Shown: positions 17,606 to 27,847 of the stretch, piece after piece | Layout of the letters: each line of letters opens with the position of its first letter | Numbering within the stretch: the stretch's first letter is position 1 | DNA from: a virus | Taxonomy: Duplodnaviria > Caudoviricetes | Virus record (IMG/VR): IMGVR_UViG_3300024344_003081 | Direction: 5' to 3' (one strand) | Length of the DNA stretch: 64,000 bases | Notes under the pieces: generated by a model | The model's database searches: none | What the model saw: the letters and a program-made list of their open reading frames with translations, nothing else | Told to the model about the DNA's origin: nothing | Program-made: the position numbers and the translations under genes

Positions 17606-19613
17606 TTCAGATTTTTTAAATGTTAATGATGCAAAAGATTTTATGGGAGCTGAAGGTTTTGTTTGGTTTTATGGTGTTGTAGAAGATAGAAAAGATCCTC
17701 TTTTTCTTGGAAGAGTTAAAGTAAGATGTATTGGATTTCATACAGATGATAAAACATTAATACCAACAGAGGATCTTCCTTGGGCCGATGTTATTCAACC
17801 AATAACATCAGCCGCAATATCTGGAATCGGAACTACTCCTACTGGATTAGTAGAAGGTACTCATGTGCTTGGATTTTTTAGAGATGGACAAGAAGCACAA
17901 GAGCCAGTAATTTTAGGAACATCTGGAGGAGTACCTGAAAATATTTCAAACCCTGATAGAGGATTTCATGATTCTAGAACAATTGAAGAAAGAAAAAATG
18001 CTCCTTATCCTCCATTATATATCGATAGATTTAATTCGGGCATTCCTGCAAAAGTTGTAGAACATTCTCAAGTAGAAGAACAATCTACTTATGAATTTGT
18101 TGGAGAAACTCCAATGAAGGATGGTAAATTATGGTATGGAAAAAATGAAGACGAATCTAAAATTCAAGCAAACATTTATAAACGTAAAGATTCAGATAAA
18201 CCAGAAGATAAACCTAAAAAAGCAAATACTTCACCGATGTTGACGGCTCAACTTTATTCTAGAAATCCAGATGAAAATAGAATGATATATGATAAAGATG
18301 GTATACCAATTATGTCTTTACCGTCAACAAATTTACTTGGTTTAAATAGAATAAAATTTATAAGAAAATATGAATCTAATGTAACTCCTCATCCTGCTTC
18401 TTCGGTTCATCCACATGCTCAAATTGTTTTGAATGCTCATAGAATTGCAGGAAGTTTAATGTCAACTCAGAATAATTTGCATAGGGGAGTTGAAAAAGCT
18501 ATGGGAGAACCTTGGGGAGTACCACCAGATGGTTTTAATCCTGAATATCCTTATAATCATGTCACATATACTGAAAGCGGACATTTATTTGAATTAGATG
18601 ATTCTCCTGGTGCTGAAAGAATTAGATTGTTACATAGAACTCAAAGTTTTCTTGAATTTTTACCAGACGGTTCTAGAGTTGATAATGTTGTTGGAAAGTC
18701 TTATTTTCTTGCAGATGCGGATGTACATTCTCACATTTATGGTGATGATGTAAAACATGTTAAAGGAGCGATGAATCATATTTATAATTCTAGGGGAGCA
18801 GGAACTAATAAAATGCTTTTTGCTGGTGATGGTGATGTAAATTTAGAAGTTACTAAAGGAGATTATAATATTGATTTAAAAGATGGTGAGATGACAATTA
18901 AAGCAAGAAATCTTAAAATCATAGGAACAGCAATTGATCCAGGAGCATCAAAATTTCAATTACAACAAATGTCACCAGAATTGGGTGATTCGCAGTTAGC
19001 ATTTAAGACAGAAGCAGAAAGTTGGGCTACTGATACTGGAGATTTTTCGTTAAATTGTTCAAATGAAAATTTATCTGTTACAGGAAATGCTAAAACAAAT
19101 GTAGGTGCAGATAATGAAATAACAGTAGAAGGAAGTTCAAGGGAAGTAGTAAAGGGTATATTTGGAATGGGTATGAAAAAAGTATGTGTAGCAAAACCAA
19201 TTACTCTTGAAGCAACAAATCCATCAGCGGGTATTAAATTACATAGTGGTCCTGGAGGAGTACCAACATCTTTAGAATTAGATGCGGGTGGAATGGCTCT
19301 CAGTACTAAATTAGGCAATGTTACTGCAGATGCAACTATAGGAAAAATTGAATTAACAGCAGGAACAAGTTTTTCTCTTGAAACGGGTACAGAAATAGAC
19401 CTTAAAAATAAAAAAGGTAATATTAAAATAGATACTACAGGACTTATTTCTATGAAAGGAATGGGTTCTGATATTCATACTTTATTAAAAAAATTATCAA
19501 TGGCATTACAAAATATGACTCATCCAACTCCTGCTGGTCCAAGTGGTCCAGCAACGAATATGAGTGAAATTATACAATTTGATTTAGAAATAGATAAGGT
19601 GTTTCAAGCATGA
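17598..19613 (+). CDS. gp5: Baseplate spike gp5 (OB-fold plus beta-helix), no recognisable lysozyme domain
   Basis: FVWFYGVVEDRKDPL.LGRVKVRCIG.H, YPYNHV..TESGH..ELDDSPG.ERI..HRT; AGGAGG RBS favours GTG 17598 over ATG 17577. Confidence 0.9.
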   Translation: MNSSDFLNVNDAKDFMGAEGFVWFYGVVEDRKDPLFLGRVKVRCIGFHTDDKTLIPTEDLPWADVIQPITSAAISGIGTTPTGLVEGTHVLGFFRDGQEAQEPVILGTSGGVPENISNPDRGFHDSRTIEERKNAPYPPLYIDRFNSGIPAKVVEHSQVEEQSTYEFVGETPMKDGKLWYGKNEDESKIQANIYKRKDSDKPEDKPKKANTSPMLTAQLYSRNPDENRMIYDKDGIPIMSLPSTNLLGLNRIKFIRKYESNVTPHPASSVHPHAQIVLNAHRIAGSLMSTQNNLHRGVEKAMGEPWGVPPDGFNPEYPYNHVTYTESGHLFELDDSPGAERIRLLHRTQSFLEFLPDGSRVDNVVGKSYFLADADVHSHIYGDDVKHVKGAMNHIYNSRGAGTNKMLFAGDGDVNLEVTKGDYNIDLKDGEMTIKARNLKIIGTAIDPGASKFQLQQMSPELGDSQLAFKTEAESWATDTGDFSLNCSNENLSVTGNAKTNVGADNEITVEGSSREVVKGIFGMGMKKVCVAKPITLEATNPSAGIKLHSGPGGVPTSLELDAGGMALSTKLGNVTADATIGKIELTAGTSFSLETGTEIDLKNKKGNIKIDTTGLISMKGMGSDIHTLLKKLSMALQNMTHPTPAGPSGPATNMSEIIQFDLEIDKVFQA

Positions 19614-19780
19614 GTAAAAAAGAAGAAGAAATTATTTTAGAACAAAAACCAATAGTTAATGGTAATATGACAGAAGTTTTAGAAAAGGTTTTAAATTTCA
19701 ATAATGATTATTTAAAATTTTTAAAAAGTGAATTGGAAACTGCTAAAAAAATACAATTAGAAGAAAGAAATAATGGCTGA
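19610..19780 (+). CDS. Small hypothetical helical protein, 56 aa (below ORF-track cutoff)
   Basis: ATGA overlap with the gp5 stop; MSKKEEEIILEQKP...LEERNNG; overlaps the next ATG. Confidence 0.55.
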   Translation: MSKKEEEIILEQKPIVNGNMTEVLEKVLNFNNDYLKFLKSELETAKKIQLEERNNG

Positions 19781-22700
19781 AGAAGAAGTATCAAAAGATG
19801 ATGTTATTTTAAAGCAGATGGAGGGTGTTGCTTTTGGTGGCTCTACTGCAGATGCTTTAAATCTTTTTTTATCAGGATTACAAACATTCGGTAATAATTT
19901 TGCTGTAATTTGTGATACATTAATTCAATTTTTTCAAGCAACCAAATTATTTTTAGAATCTTTTGCAAATCCTCTTACTGCATCTTTAATAGCAACTATT
20001 GATTCTTTAATAGAAGCACTTGAAGAATTAAATGCTTTAGGATTTGGTAGTGTTACTGTTTGGCCTTGGGCACATGGAACATATCCCCAACAATTGAATA
20101 CTGAAAAATTAGATGAAGCAATGCTTGGTCTTGTTGCCGCTATGCAAGGAGTTGATATTGGAGATATTCGTTTTAGTGAACGTGGATTTTTTGTACAGAC
20201 AAAAAATGGAGAAACTTTACTTACTCCTGGTCAGGAAATTGCGGCTGGTGGTACTAGAGAATCTTTTCAAACAAAAGACACGATATATGATACTCTGACA
20301 GGAATTCGTAATTTTTTTCATCCAGAATTGTGGACTGGTACAACAACTCCTTTTTGGCTTGATTCTCCAAGTGATGCCGCAAAACGAAGAGCCGCATTCA
20401 CGCAGAGGGGAGGTAGTGGTCCTCACCAAGATACAGATCCAGCTTCCCTTGAACAGCATTGGTCTGGTCAAGCCGCAGATTGGTCAAAAGATAAACTTCT
20501 TTCAGCTATTCAGACGACACAAAAAAATCTACTTGTTAGAGAATTGACTCCTAATCAAGCTGTGAAAAAAATTATACAATCATTATCTGGAAACACTCCT
20601 GATGATAATAGACCAACTGGAGGTGGTCCTTATAAAGCATATGTTTTAATGTTTGCTCTTCCAACAATAAATGATGTAGTTCAGGTTGTGCAACAATTTG
20701 CTGATTATTTTGGTTCTGTTATAGGTGATCCACTGGTTAAAAAATTAGCGGCTCCTGGATCTGGTACTTTTGATGAAAGAATAAAAACAATTCAATTAGG
20801 AGAGCCCTTACATAAACCAGGAGTCTGGGACAGACCAGATGAACAGTCAGAATTTTATTATAATGAAGCAGATTTTAAAGTAAGAAAAGTTGCAGATAAG
20901 ACATATAAATTAGGCGGCGAAATACCCATGTTTAGACCAGGTGATAGAATAGTTCAAACAGGTGGTATATTAGGAAATCATACTGCTTCTGCAGAAGTTG
21001 TTCAACATCTTCCAATAATCGTTAAGAATGGTATGATTATACAAAATAGAGTTAGAGTAAAAAGTGTTAGAGGTGAATTTATAGGAACAAGTCATAAACC
21101 CCTTAATACGGCATCAACGCCACTTGTTAAATCTATTTTAACAGGTCCTCCTAATCCTAATAACGATCCTATTTTTAGATCAGATACATTAGAAAAACCA
21201 ATTGAAAGAATAGATGGTACATTTTTTGGAACAATTAAAGAAGGGGAAACTGTAATAACTGAAATTATACCTAATGATACAATTGGTCAACTTATTAGAA
21301 CCACATGTCAAAATCTTTCTGTCTCTCAGGGGTCAGGCGGAGCTTTTAAAGCAGGAATGAAAAGTTTATTAGAGGGGGGAGGAAGTAAAAGAATTATTGA
21401 CTCTTATATGACTTTTTTGAAAAGCATTAAAAAGGGAATGGTGATTAAGCATCAATTTTTACAACCAATGGATATGTCTAATAAGGCTTTTGATTTTTAT
21501 CATGGTTCAGCATGGACGGATACTGAGTTTAAATTTAATTACGGTCAATTATTAGATGTAATACCTTCATTAGATGTACAGTATCATATTGCTAATATTA
21601 AAATTGGTGGTATGGCTATAGAAAGCACAAATAATTTAACAGAGGAGTCACTTTTTGCTTATGTAGATGGAGATAATAAACCTATTATGGCGGATCTTAC
21701 TTTTGAAATAGGATTTTTAAATTATGATGGATCATATGATACAGATTTTTTAAATATTGATATTGGTGGAATAATAACTGTACCAAATACGGGGTATGGG
21801 GGAGTACATTCTTGGCAAACAACAATACCAACAACTAATGACAGATTCGGTCCTCCCAATCAACCTTTTGAAACAATATCAGGAAATAAAAATATTTCTC
21901 CTAATTGGAACTATATAAGAATTTCAGATTTATTTCCAGCATATGGACAAGTTGTAAAAGATGCAATTGGATCAGTAAAGAAATTTAAGAAACAAGTTGA
22001 AGAAATAGCTAAAGCAATAGATGAATATATAAGATTTTTGGAAAGACAAATAAAAGCAATACAAAGATTAAATGATCAAGTTCAACAATTGATTGCATTT
22101 TTTACTAAGGGATTAAATATGGCTGGTATTTATACAGCACAATTTGGTGGAGATGGAATTGGTGATTTTAAAAAGAAATTAAAAAACATGAAAATGTTGC
22201 AAACTAATAAAAATAATTTAAATGAAATAACTTTGGAGACAGTTGAAACTGATACTGAGATAGAAGATCCCTTTACTGGATTAAAGAAAACTGTTAAAAG
22301 AAAAATTTTAAAACCAGTTACAAAAAAAGCAACAGGGGAAGAACCTGACGGTATTCCAAAACCATTAAGTGAACTTGATAATTTAAAATATTCTGGAGCT
22401 ATTGTATTTTTGGGTCAGGGACCTGATTTAGAAAAATTTGATACGTTTATGAATAATTTTAACGGATTAGCAACTCTTGGAAAAGGATTTCTTTCAAATT
22501 TATTTTCCAAAGAAAGTATTATTGCTCAACGAATAATTCCATATGTTCATGATATACAAGGAGAGAATGTAAATGGAGATTTTGAAAGTATAGAGGGATT
22601 GGGATCAATTGATGAAGAAGCAACAATACGAATCGTTTTTACAAATGATGCTAATTTATTGGACAATACTGAGAGAGAACTTGTTAATGGACAAGTTGAA

Positions 22701-23123
22701 AGAAGTGTAGATTTTTCTCCAAGGATTCAAATGAATAGTGTTTCACTTACAAATTCTGAAGATAATTCTATTTCTACAAAAAATGATTCAATTATATTAT
22801 TTCAAGGAACATATAACGAAGAAGAGTCGGTAGGTAATAAATTTTCTCAAGATGCTTCTTTTCATCAATTTGTAACACGGCCCAAAACACGTATTGTAGG
22901 AAAGGGCAATGCTGATAAAGATGGAAAGTTTGAAAAACAATATTTTAATGTGGATCTTAAACCTAAAAACCCATTAAAAAGATGCACCGACAAGAATAAA
23001 TATAAAATTTTAATTCAATCAAGTATAGTGAATCAAGAAGGTCAATCATTAAAAGAAAGATATAAACTTAATATTGGATTTTCTATAAATCCTGTAACAG
23101 TAGATTTTGGAGGATTTGTTTAA
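19773..23123 (+). CDS. Large hypothetical baseplate-region protein with long amphipathic helices and a C-terminal Ig-like domain
   Basis: 1116 aa ORF coupled to neighbours; helical segments at the N-terminus and about aa 720-790; C-terminal strand pattern resembles Big_5. Confidence 0.6.
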   Translation: MAEEEVSKDDVILKQMEGVAFGGSTADALNLFLSGLQTFGNNFAVICDTLIQFFQATKLFLESFANPLTASLIATIDSLIEALEELNALGFGSVTVWPWAHGTYPQQLNTEKLDEAMLGLVAAMQGVDIGDIRFSERGFFVQTKNGETLLTPGQEIAAGGTRESFQTKDTIYDTLTGIRNFFHPELWTGTTTPFWLDSPSDAAKRRAAFTQRGGSGPHQDTDPASLEQHWSGQAADWSKDKLLSAIQTTQKNLLVRELTPNQAVKKIIQSLSGNTPDDNRPTGGGPYKAYVLMFALPTINDVVQVVQQFADYFGSVIGDPLVKKLAAPGSGTFDERIKTIQLGEPLHKPGVWDRPDEQSEFYYNEADFKVRKVADKTYKLGGEIPMFRPGDRIVQTGGILGNHTASAEVVQHLPIIVKNGMIIQNRVRVKSVRGEFIGTSHKPLNTASTPLVKSILTGPPNPNNDPIFRSDTLEKPIERIDGTFFGTIKEGETVITEIIPNDTIGQLIRTTCQNLSVSQGSGGAFKAGMKSLLEGGGSKRIIDSYMTFLKSIKKGMVIKHQFLQPMDMSNKAFDFYHGSAWTDTEFKFNYGQLLDVIPSLDVQYHIANIKIGGMAIESTNNLTEESLFAYVDGDNKPIMADLTFEIGFLNYDGSYDTDFLNIDIGGIITVPNTGYGGVHSWQTTIPTTNDRFGPPNQPFETISGNKNISPNWNYIRISDLFPAYGQVVKDAIGSVKKFKKQVEEIAKAIDEYIRFLERQIKAIQRLNDQVQQLIAFFTKGLNMAGIYTAQFGGDGIGDFKKKLKNMKMLQTNKNNLNEITLETVETDTEIEDPFTGLKKTVKRKILKPVTKKATGEEPDGIPKPLSELDNLKYSGAIVFLGQGPDLEKFDTFMNNFNGLATLGKGFLSNLFSKESIIAQRIIPYVHDIQGENVNGDFESIEGLGSIDEEATIRIVFTNDANLLDNTERELVNGQVERSVDFSPRIQMNSVSLTNSEDNSISTKNDSIILFQGTYNEEESVGNKFSQDASFHQFVTRPKTRIVGKGNADKDGKFEKQYFNVDLKPKNPLKRCTDKNKYKILIQSSIVNQEGQSLKERYKLNIGFSINPVTVDFGGFV

Positions 23124-26100
23124 TGGCAAACAATTCAATTTCTAGAACAGGAACATTTACATCTAGCGGAAGTGCTGGGGGTTCGGGAACATATCATTAT
23201 AATCATGGTGAATATTGGAGTAGTTCTGGATCATCTGGTTATTCTGGCACAGATTATTATTCTAATGATGATTTAAATAACGGTTCTATTTTTGTTAATA
23301 TTGATAGTCAAATATCTATAACATTTACACAAGAAGTTGATAATAGTTCTATAACTACTTTCAACAAAGATAAGTTATTGCCTCTAGATTCTCAAAACAA
23401 AAAAGGAACTGTTGGATTGACACATATTGTTTCTACGACTCAGGGAGCAACAGATGATGGAAATAATTTAAAAGCCTTAAAATTAACTTCTCTACCTATA
23501 GATTTAACAACTAATGATCATGAAGCTGTTGCTGATCAAGAATTTGTAGAAATGGCTTCTTCTCCTTCTACAGTAGATAATCAAACTTATATTTTTACAC
23601 CAAAAGCAAATCTTTCTTCAAATACAACTTATTTTTTAAGAATGGATCCTACAAATGTATTAGATGCTACTGGTTCAGAAATTAGTTATTTTACTGAAAA
23701 AGGATTTGTTACTGATAATACGCAAAGTTTTGTGACTACAGGAGATTATTATGATGGATTTAAAATGCAAATTGAAAAGGTTAATTTATATTTAGAAGAA
23801 ACAGAACCTAATGCTGATGGTGTAACTGATCCTCAACCAGATTCTTTGACTTTATATCGAGATGATGGAAAAAGCGGAACAGTTTCTTTAGCAACTACTT
23901 TAAATATTCAATCTATAGAAGGAACAGTATTAAAATATCAATTAGATCCTACTTCATATAAAATGAATGTTGCTTATACTGCTACTAATCCTATAGTAAT
24001 TACAAGTATAAATCATGGATTAGCAGATGATGACAAAATAGAAGTTTATGATGTAGTAAGTGGGGTTTCAATTAAAGAAGGTGCATATACATTAACAGAA
24101 ATTACTTCAGATACATTTTCTATTCCTGTTGATGGTACAGGAAGTACTGCTGGTAGATTAAATTATTATAGAAATGCAAATAAAAATGATTTATTTAAAT
24201 GGAGCGAAAGCAAGGATGAAGGACCAACAACAACAAATTATGTTGTAAGAAAAAAAGCATTGTCTGTTCCGAAAAAAAATGGAAAATCTATTGATGAGTT
24301 GTTAGATGTTAAGTTTAAAACTAAAGCAACAAGTGAGGGTTCAATAGGCGAACCAGCAACAGGTAGAGAAGGAAAAATAATAAAAATTGATGATGAGACT
24401 ATATCATTTGTTGCTATATCCGATACTGCTTCAGGTGGAAAAATTATATCTTCTACTTTTGTAAATAATTCTATAGTAGATATTTCAACTTCTAATAATG
24501 ATATTAGATTCCATATAAAAGCAAATACTTCTCCCGATCATAATGTACATCCTTTTCATTCTTCTGCGCCAAAAGTGATTTCTACCTTTCCTGAAGATGG
24601 TACATCTTTCCCGAGAAAATTGACAATTACTCAAATTTCAAGAAGTGGACATGAAGCCATTGTATCTACAAATCATCCTCATAATTTGTTTAAAGATGAT
24701 TATATACAAATTGTTGATTCTACTCAACTCATTTATAATAAAACAACAAAAGTATTGTCTGTTCCAACACCAAACACTTTTCGTTATGATATGGGTTCAC
24801 ATAGTAATTTTACAAATGTACAAAGTCCTGCTCCTGGAAAACCGAAACTTGAGATTAGTAATGATGATGGTACTACTTATGCAGAAAGATATAATGCTAT
24901 ATTCGTAAATTTTAATCAATCTATGAACACAAGTACTGTTACTGTTGCAAATAATACTCATTTAATTTCTGCAAATGGAACAAGTGCAACATTTTCTGGT
25001 GGGCAAGATTCTGCTTCAAGCACAATACATTTATCAGATGATGGATTTGAAACAATTGAAAATTGTGTTTCAGTAATAGCAAGTTCAGGTAATTCTGTTT
25101 TTGCAATTGTCCCTGAAGCTCTTCAAGCAAGACATGATTATAATATAAAAGTTAAAACAGATATTCAGGATTTGGGTCAAACAAATAGTCTTTATCAATT
25201 TACAACAACTGAAGGAATTACTACTGGACAGAAATTTATAGATCCACAGACTGGTCAAGAAACAATATATTCAAAAGACGAAGATCCTCCGAAAATTAAA
25301 AGAATAACTTTTCCAACAGCCGATGATGATCTTATTGTAGAAAGTGCTAATATAGCTGAAATAACTGCCCATTCAGATTTTTATCATACAGCAATGCCCC
25401 TCAGTACGTTAATGACTTATGGTGTTAAGATTCAATTTTCTGAAAGTATGAAAATAAATTCAGTAACTACTGCAACATCTAATACAGATCCTACAGGCAC
25501 AGTATTGCTGTCTGCCGATGATTTTAGTACAGTTGTTCAAATGGCTACAGATCCAGTTGTAACAACAACTGATGAAGAGAATGATACTTTTACTGTTAAA
25601 CCTATAGCAAATGTATCTGCAAATGCTGTTTATACTTTAAAAGTTTTAAAAGATGTTACTGATGATTCACCAGAAGAAAATCGAATGGAACAAGATAATG
25701 TGATGTCAATAAAAGTTCTTACAGTAAATTCGATTCCTGGAAGTGCTGTGAATTATTATTCTGCAGGAGAAATTATATCAGGAGTTAGAACATTAACGAT
25801 TAAAGCAAATACAGGAACACCAACTATAGGAGTAACTGCTGGATCTACGTTTTTAGGTTTAACATCAAAAGGTAAAGGGAAAGTTTTAGATTTTACTGAA
25901 GATTCGGGAGCAATAACATCTATTAGATATACGGAATTATCTGGTCAAGATGGATCTATTAGACCTTTACGTCCTGGTGAAATTTGTAAAGTAAGTGATA
26001 CTGTTAATTTTACAATTGATAATGTTGCAATAACTGATCCTCCAGAAGGAAATGTTATCTCTTTTACTACAGGAACAAGAAAATTAATTTATAGAGATAG

Positions 26101-27064
26101 GAGTGCAGATAATGAATTTGTATCTGCAAATTCAAGTGCAGAGAGAATTTTTGGTAGAGCATCAAATGGAGAAGTTTTTGCAAGTAGTTCTGGTAGTGAA
26201 GGTATAGTGGGACCAGGAATTAAAACTGCTACAACTGGACTTGTAGCAAATGTGTTTTTTAGTGATGGTTCAAGTTTAGTGTCTCCTATAGATGGAAATC
26301 TAACTGGTATTGATGAAAGATCAAATCTTACTGTTAAGTTTACTCAAACAATGAATGTTGAAAGTATTAATTTTAATGCAGTTGATTCAATAGTAAGAGA
26401 TCCTTATAATATATTGCTTTCTTATGATAGTAATTTTGGTAATACAATACCACTGAGTACGAATTTTACAAGTTCAAATAATGATACTGTATTTGAATTC
26501 CAACCAGCAATATTGTCAAATACAAGTTTACAATTAACACAAGATAAGAATCTTTATGCTAAGGTAACACAGACAGCAAAAAATCTGGGTGATATGAATT
26601 TGGCAAGTGTTTTTGCTCCTTCAAATTATGCTAATACTGTTACAAATGTTGATTTTAAAGCAATAGATGCTTCTGTTTTTACTACAGATGGAGAAGAAAT
26701 AAAATTAGGAACAGGAACTTCTATTTCTATGCCTAATCAATCTTCAATAATAGCAAGATCAACTCTTGTTATTATTCATTTTAACGAGGTTCCTGATCTG
26801 GCAGATTTTGACATGGCTGGGTCGGGATATGAAATAGAATTATCAACTGTCAGTAATTTTGCTTCAGGTTTTTATTCAGGTACAGCAACTTTAACAAAAC
26901 AAGGCAAATATGGAACAGAAATACATATTAGACTTTCTGTAGGATTAACGGCATCAACTCAGCATTATTTAAGAGTTGTGGGTAGTGTAGGCGGAAGTAG
27001 TGAAGGCGGAAAAGCAATTGATACAACTACCCAATATTTCAATTCATTTACAACTTCATCATAA
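23123..27064 (+). CDS. Multi-Ig-like (SbsA/Big_5-type) virion protein
   Basis: About five repeats of I.(I/V).F(T/S/N)Q.(M/V)...S(I/V)...F...P..L.....Y.L.V pattern plus two H(G/N)L..DD.I modules. Confidence 0.65.
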   Translation: MANNSISRTGTFTSSGSAGGSGTYHYNHGEYWSSSGSSGYSGTDYYSNDDLNNGSIFVNIDSQISITFTQEVDNSSITTFNKDKLLPLDSQNKKGTVGLTHIVSTTQGATDDGNNLKALKLTSLPIDLTTNDHEAVADQEFVEMASSPSTVDNQTYIFTPKANLSSNTTYFLRMDPTNVLDATGSEISYFTEKGFVTDNTQSFVTTGDYYDGFKMQIEKVNLYLEETEPNADGVTDPQPDSLTLYRDDGKSGTVSLATTLNIQSIEGTVLKYQLDPTSYKMNVAYTATNPIVITSINHGLADDDKIEVYDVVSGVSIKEGAYTLTEITSDTFSIPVDGTGSTAGRLNYYRNANKNDLFKWSESKDEGPTTTNYVVRKKALSVPKKNGKSIDELLDVKFKTKATSEGSIGEPATGREGKIIKIDDETISFVAISDTASGGKIISSTFVNNSIVDISTSNNDIRFHIKANTSPDHNVHPFHSSAPKVISTFPEDGTSFPRKLTITQISRSGHEAIVSTNHPHNLFKDDYIQIVDSTQLIYNKTTKVLSVPTPNTFRYDMGSHSNFTNVQSPAPGKPKLEISNDDGTTYAERYNAIFVNFNQSMNTSTVTVANNTHLISANGTSATFSGGQDSASSTIHLSDDGFETIENCVSVIASSGNSVFAIVPEALQARHDYNIKVKTDIQDLGQTNSLYQFTTTEGITTGQKFIDPQTGQETIYSKDEDPPKIKRITFPTADDDLIVESANIAEITAHSDFYHTAMPLSTLMTYGVKIQFSESMKINSVTTATSNTDPTGTVLLSADDFSTVVQMATDPVVTTTDEENDTFTVKPIANVSANAVYTLKVLKDVTDDSPEENRMEQDNVMSIKVLTVNSIPGSAVNYYSAGEIISGVRTLTIKANTGTPTIGVTAGSTFLGLTSKGKGKVLDFTEDSGAITSIRYTELSGQDGSIRPLRPGEICKVSDTVNFTIDNVAITDPPEGNVISFTTGTRKLIYRDRSADNEFVSANSSAERIFGRASNGEVFASSSGSEGIVGPGIKTATTGLVANVFFSDGSSLVSPIDGNLTGIDERSNLTVKFTQTMNVESINFNAVDSIVRDPYNILLSYDSNFGNTIPLSTNFTSSNNDTVFEFQPAILSNTSLQLTQDKNLYAKVTQTAKNLGDMNLASVFAPSNYANTVTNVDFKAIDASVFTTDGEEIKLGTGTSISMPNQSSIIARSTLVIIHFNEVPDLADFDMAGSGYEIELSTVSNFASGFYSGTATLTKQGKYGTEIHIRLSVGLTASTQHYLRVVGSVGGSSEGGKAIDTTTQYFNSFTTSS

Positions 27065-27077
27065 AAAAGGAAATAAC

Positions 27078-27347
27078 ATGTTAGATGAAAACACTTTAAA
27101 ACAGGGCATAGAAGAAGCATTTAAACTTGGTGCGGCCGCTGGATCATATCCAGCAGTTGCGGCACTATTAGCTAAAGCAATACACACTTATGTAAATACT
27201 GCTGAGATTAAAATACCCATAACTACTGAAGTATTGGGTTCTACTGGTCCGTGTGCAGTTGGCGCTCCTGCTGTACTTGATGGGGTGCTTGGCATAGCTA
27301 AGGGAACGGGCATAGTTCAAGCAGGACCAGGATCAGCTTTAATATAG
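27078..27347 (+). CDS. Small Ala/Gly-rich protein, candidate spike-tip or spike partner
   Basis: AAGGAA RBS before ATG 27078; MLDENTLKQGIEEAF..AVAALLAKAIHTYV.. Confidence 0.55.
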   Translation: MLDENTLKQGIEEAFKLGAAAGSYPAVAALLAKAIHTYVNTAEIKIPITTEVLGSTGPCAVGAPAVLDGVLGIAKGTGIVQAGPGSALI

Positions 27348-27358
27348 AGTAAATAGAA

Positions 27359-27365
27359 CTAAATA
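27359..27365 (+). promoter_or_regulatory. Late promoter variant CTAAATA upstream of gp25
   Basis: CTAAATA 5 nt before ATG 27371. Confidence 0.5.
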
Positions 27366-27370
27366 AACAT

Positions 27371-27847
27371 ATGGCTACAAACGCATTACAAGAAGAATAT
27401 TTAACATTTGATCAGGATCAGCTTAATTTAAAAGATGATGAAGCAATTCGTTATCTAACTTTATTGGGACCTAGAGATTTGAATATGCAATTTCGTCATA
27501 ATCCCAATACAGGGGATCTTGCCTTAAAAACAGGATCTAATGCAGTAAAAGAATCTATAAAAAATATAATTTTAACTAGAAAAATGGAAAGACCTTTTCA
27601 ACCTGGTTTTGGTTCAAATGTAATGGAATTATTATTTGAGTCAAATGATATAATTACTGAAAAATTAATTGAAGATGAGATTAGGTCTGCGGTTGAAAAT
27701 TTTGAAAATAGAGCAAATATATTAGATGTAATTGTTAATGATGATAGAGGAGGACATGGTTATCGAATTAAAATAGTTTTTTCTGTTGCTAATGAATCTG
27801 AACCGATAACATTTACAACATTTTTACGACAAACAAGAGGTACCTAA
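27371..27847 (+). CDS. gp25: Baseplate wedge gp25
   Basis: DL...F..NP.TGDL, AVKESIKNIILT..ERPFQP.FGS, FENRA. Confidence 0.93.
   Translation: MATNALQEEYLTFDQDQLNLKDDEAIRYLTLLGPRDLNMQFRHNPNTGDLALKTGSNAVKESIKNIILTRKMERPFQPGFGSNVMELLFESNDIITEKLIEDEIRSAVENFENRANILDVIVNDDRGGHGYRIKIVFSVANESEPITFTTFLRQTRGT

Noticed and set aside
27000-27077. ORF-track longer start for the 115-aa ORF
   Set aside because: Overlaps the upstream gene out of frame; the RBS supports ATG 27078
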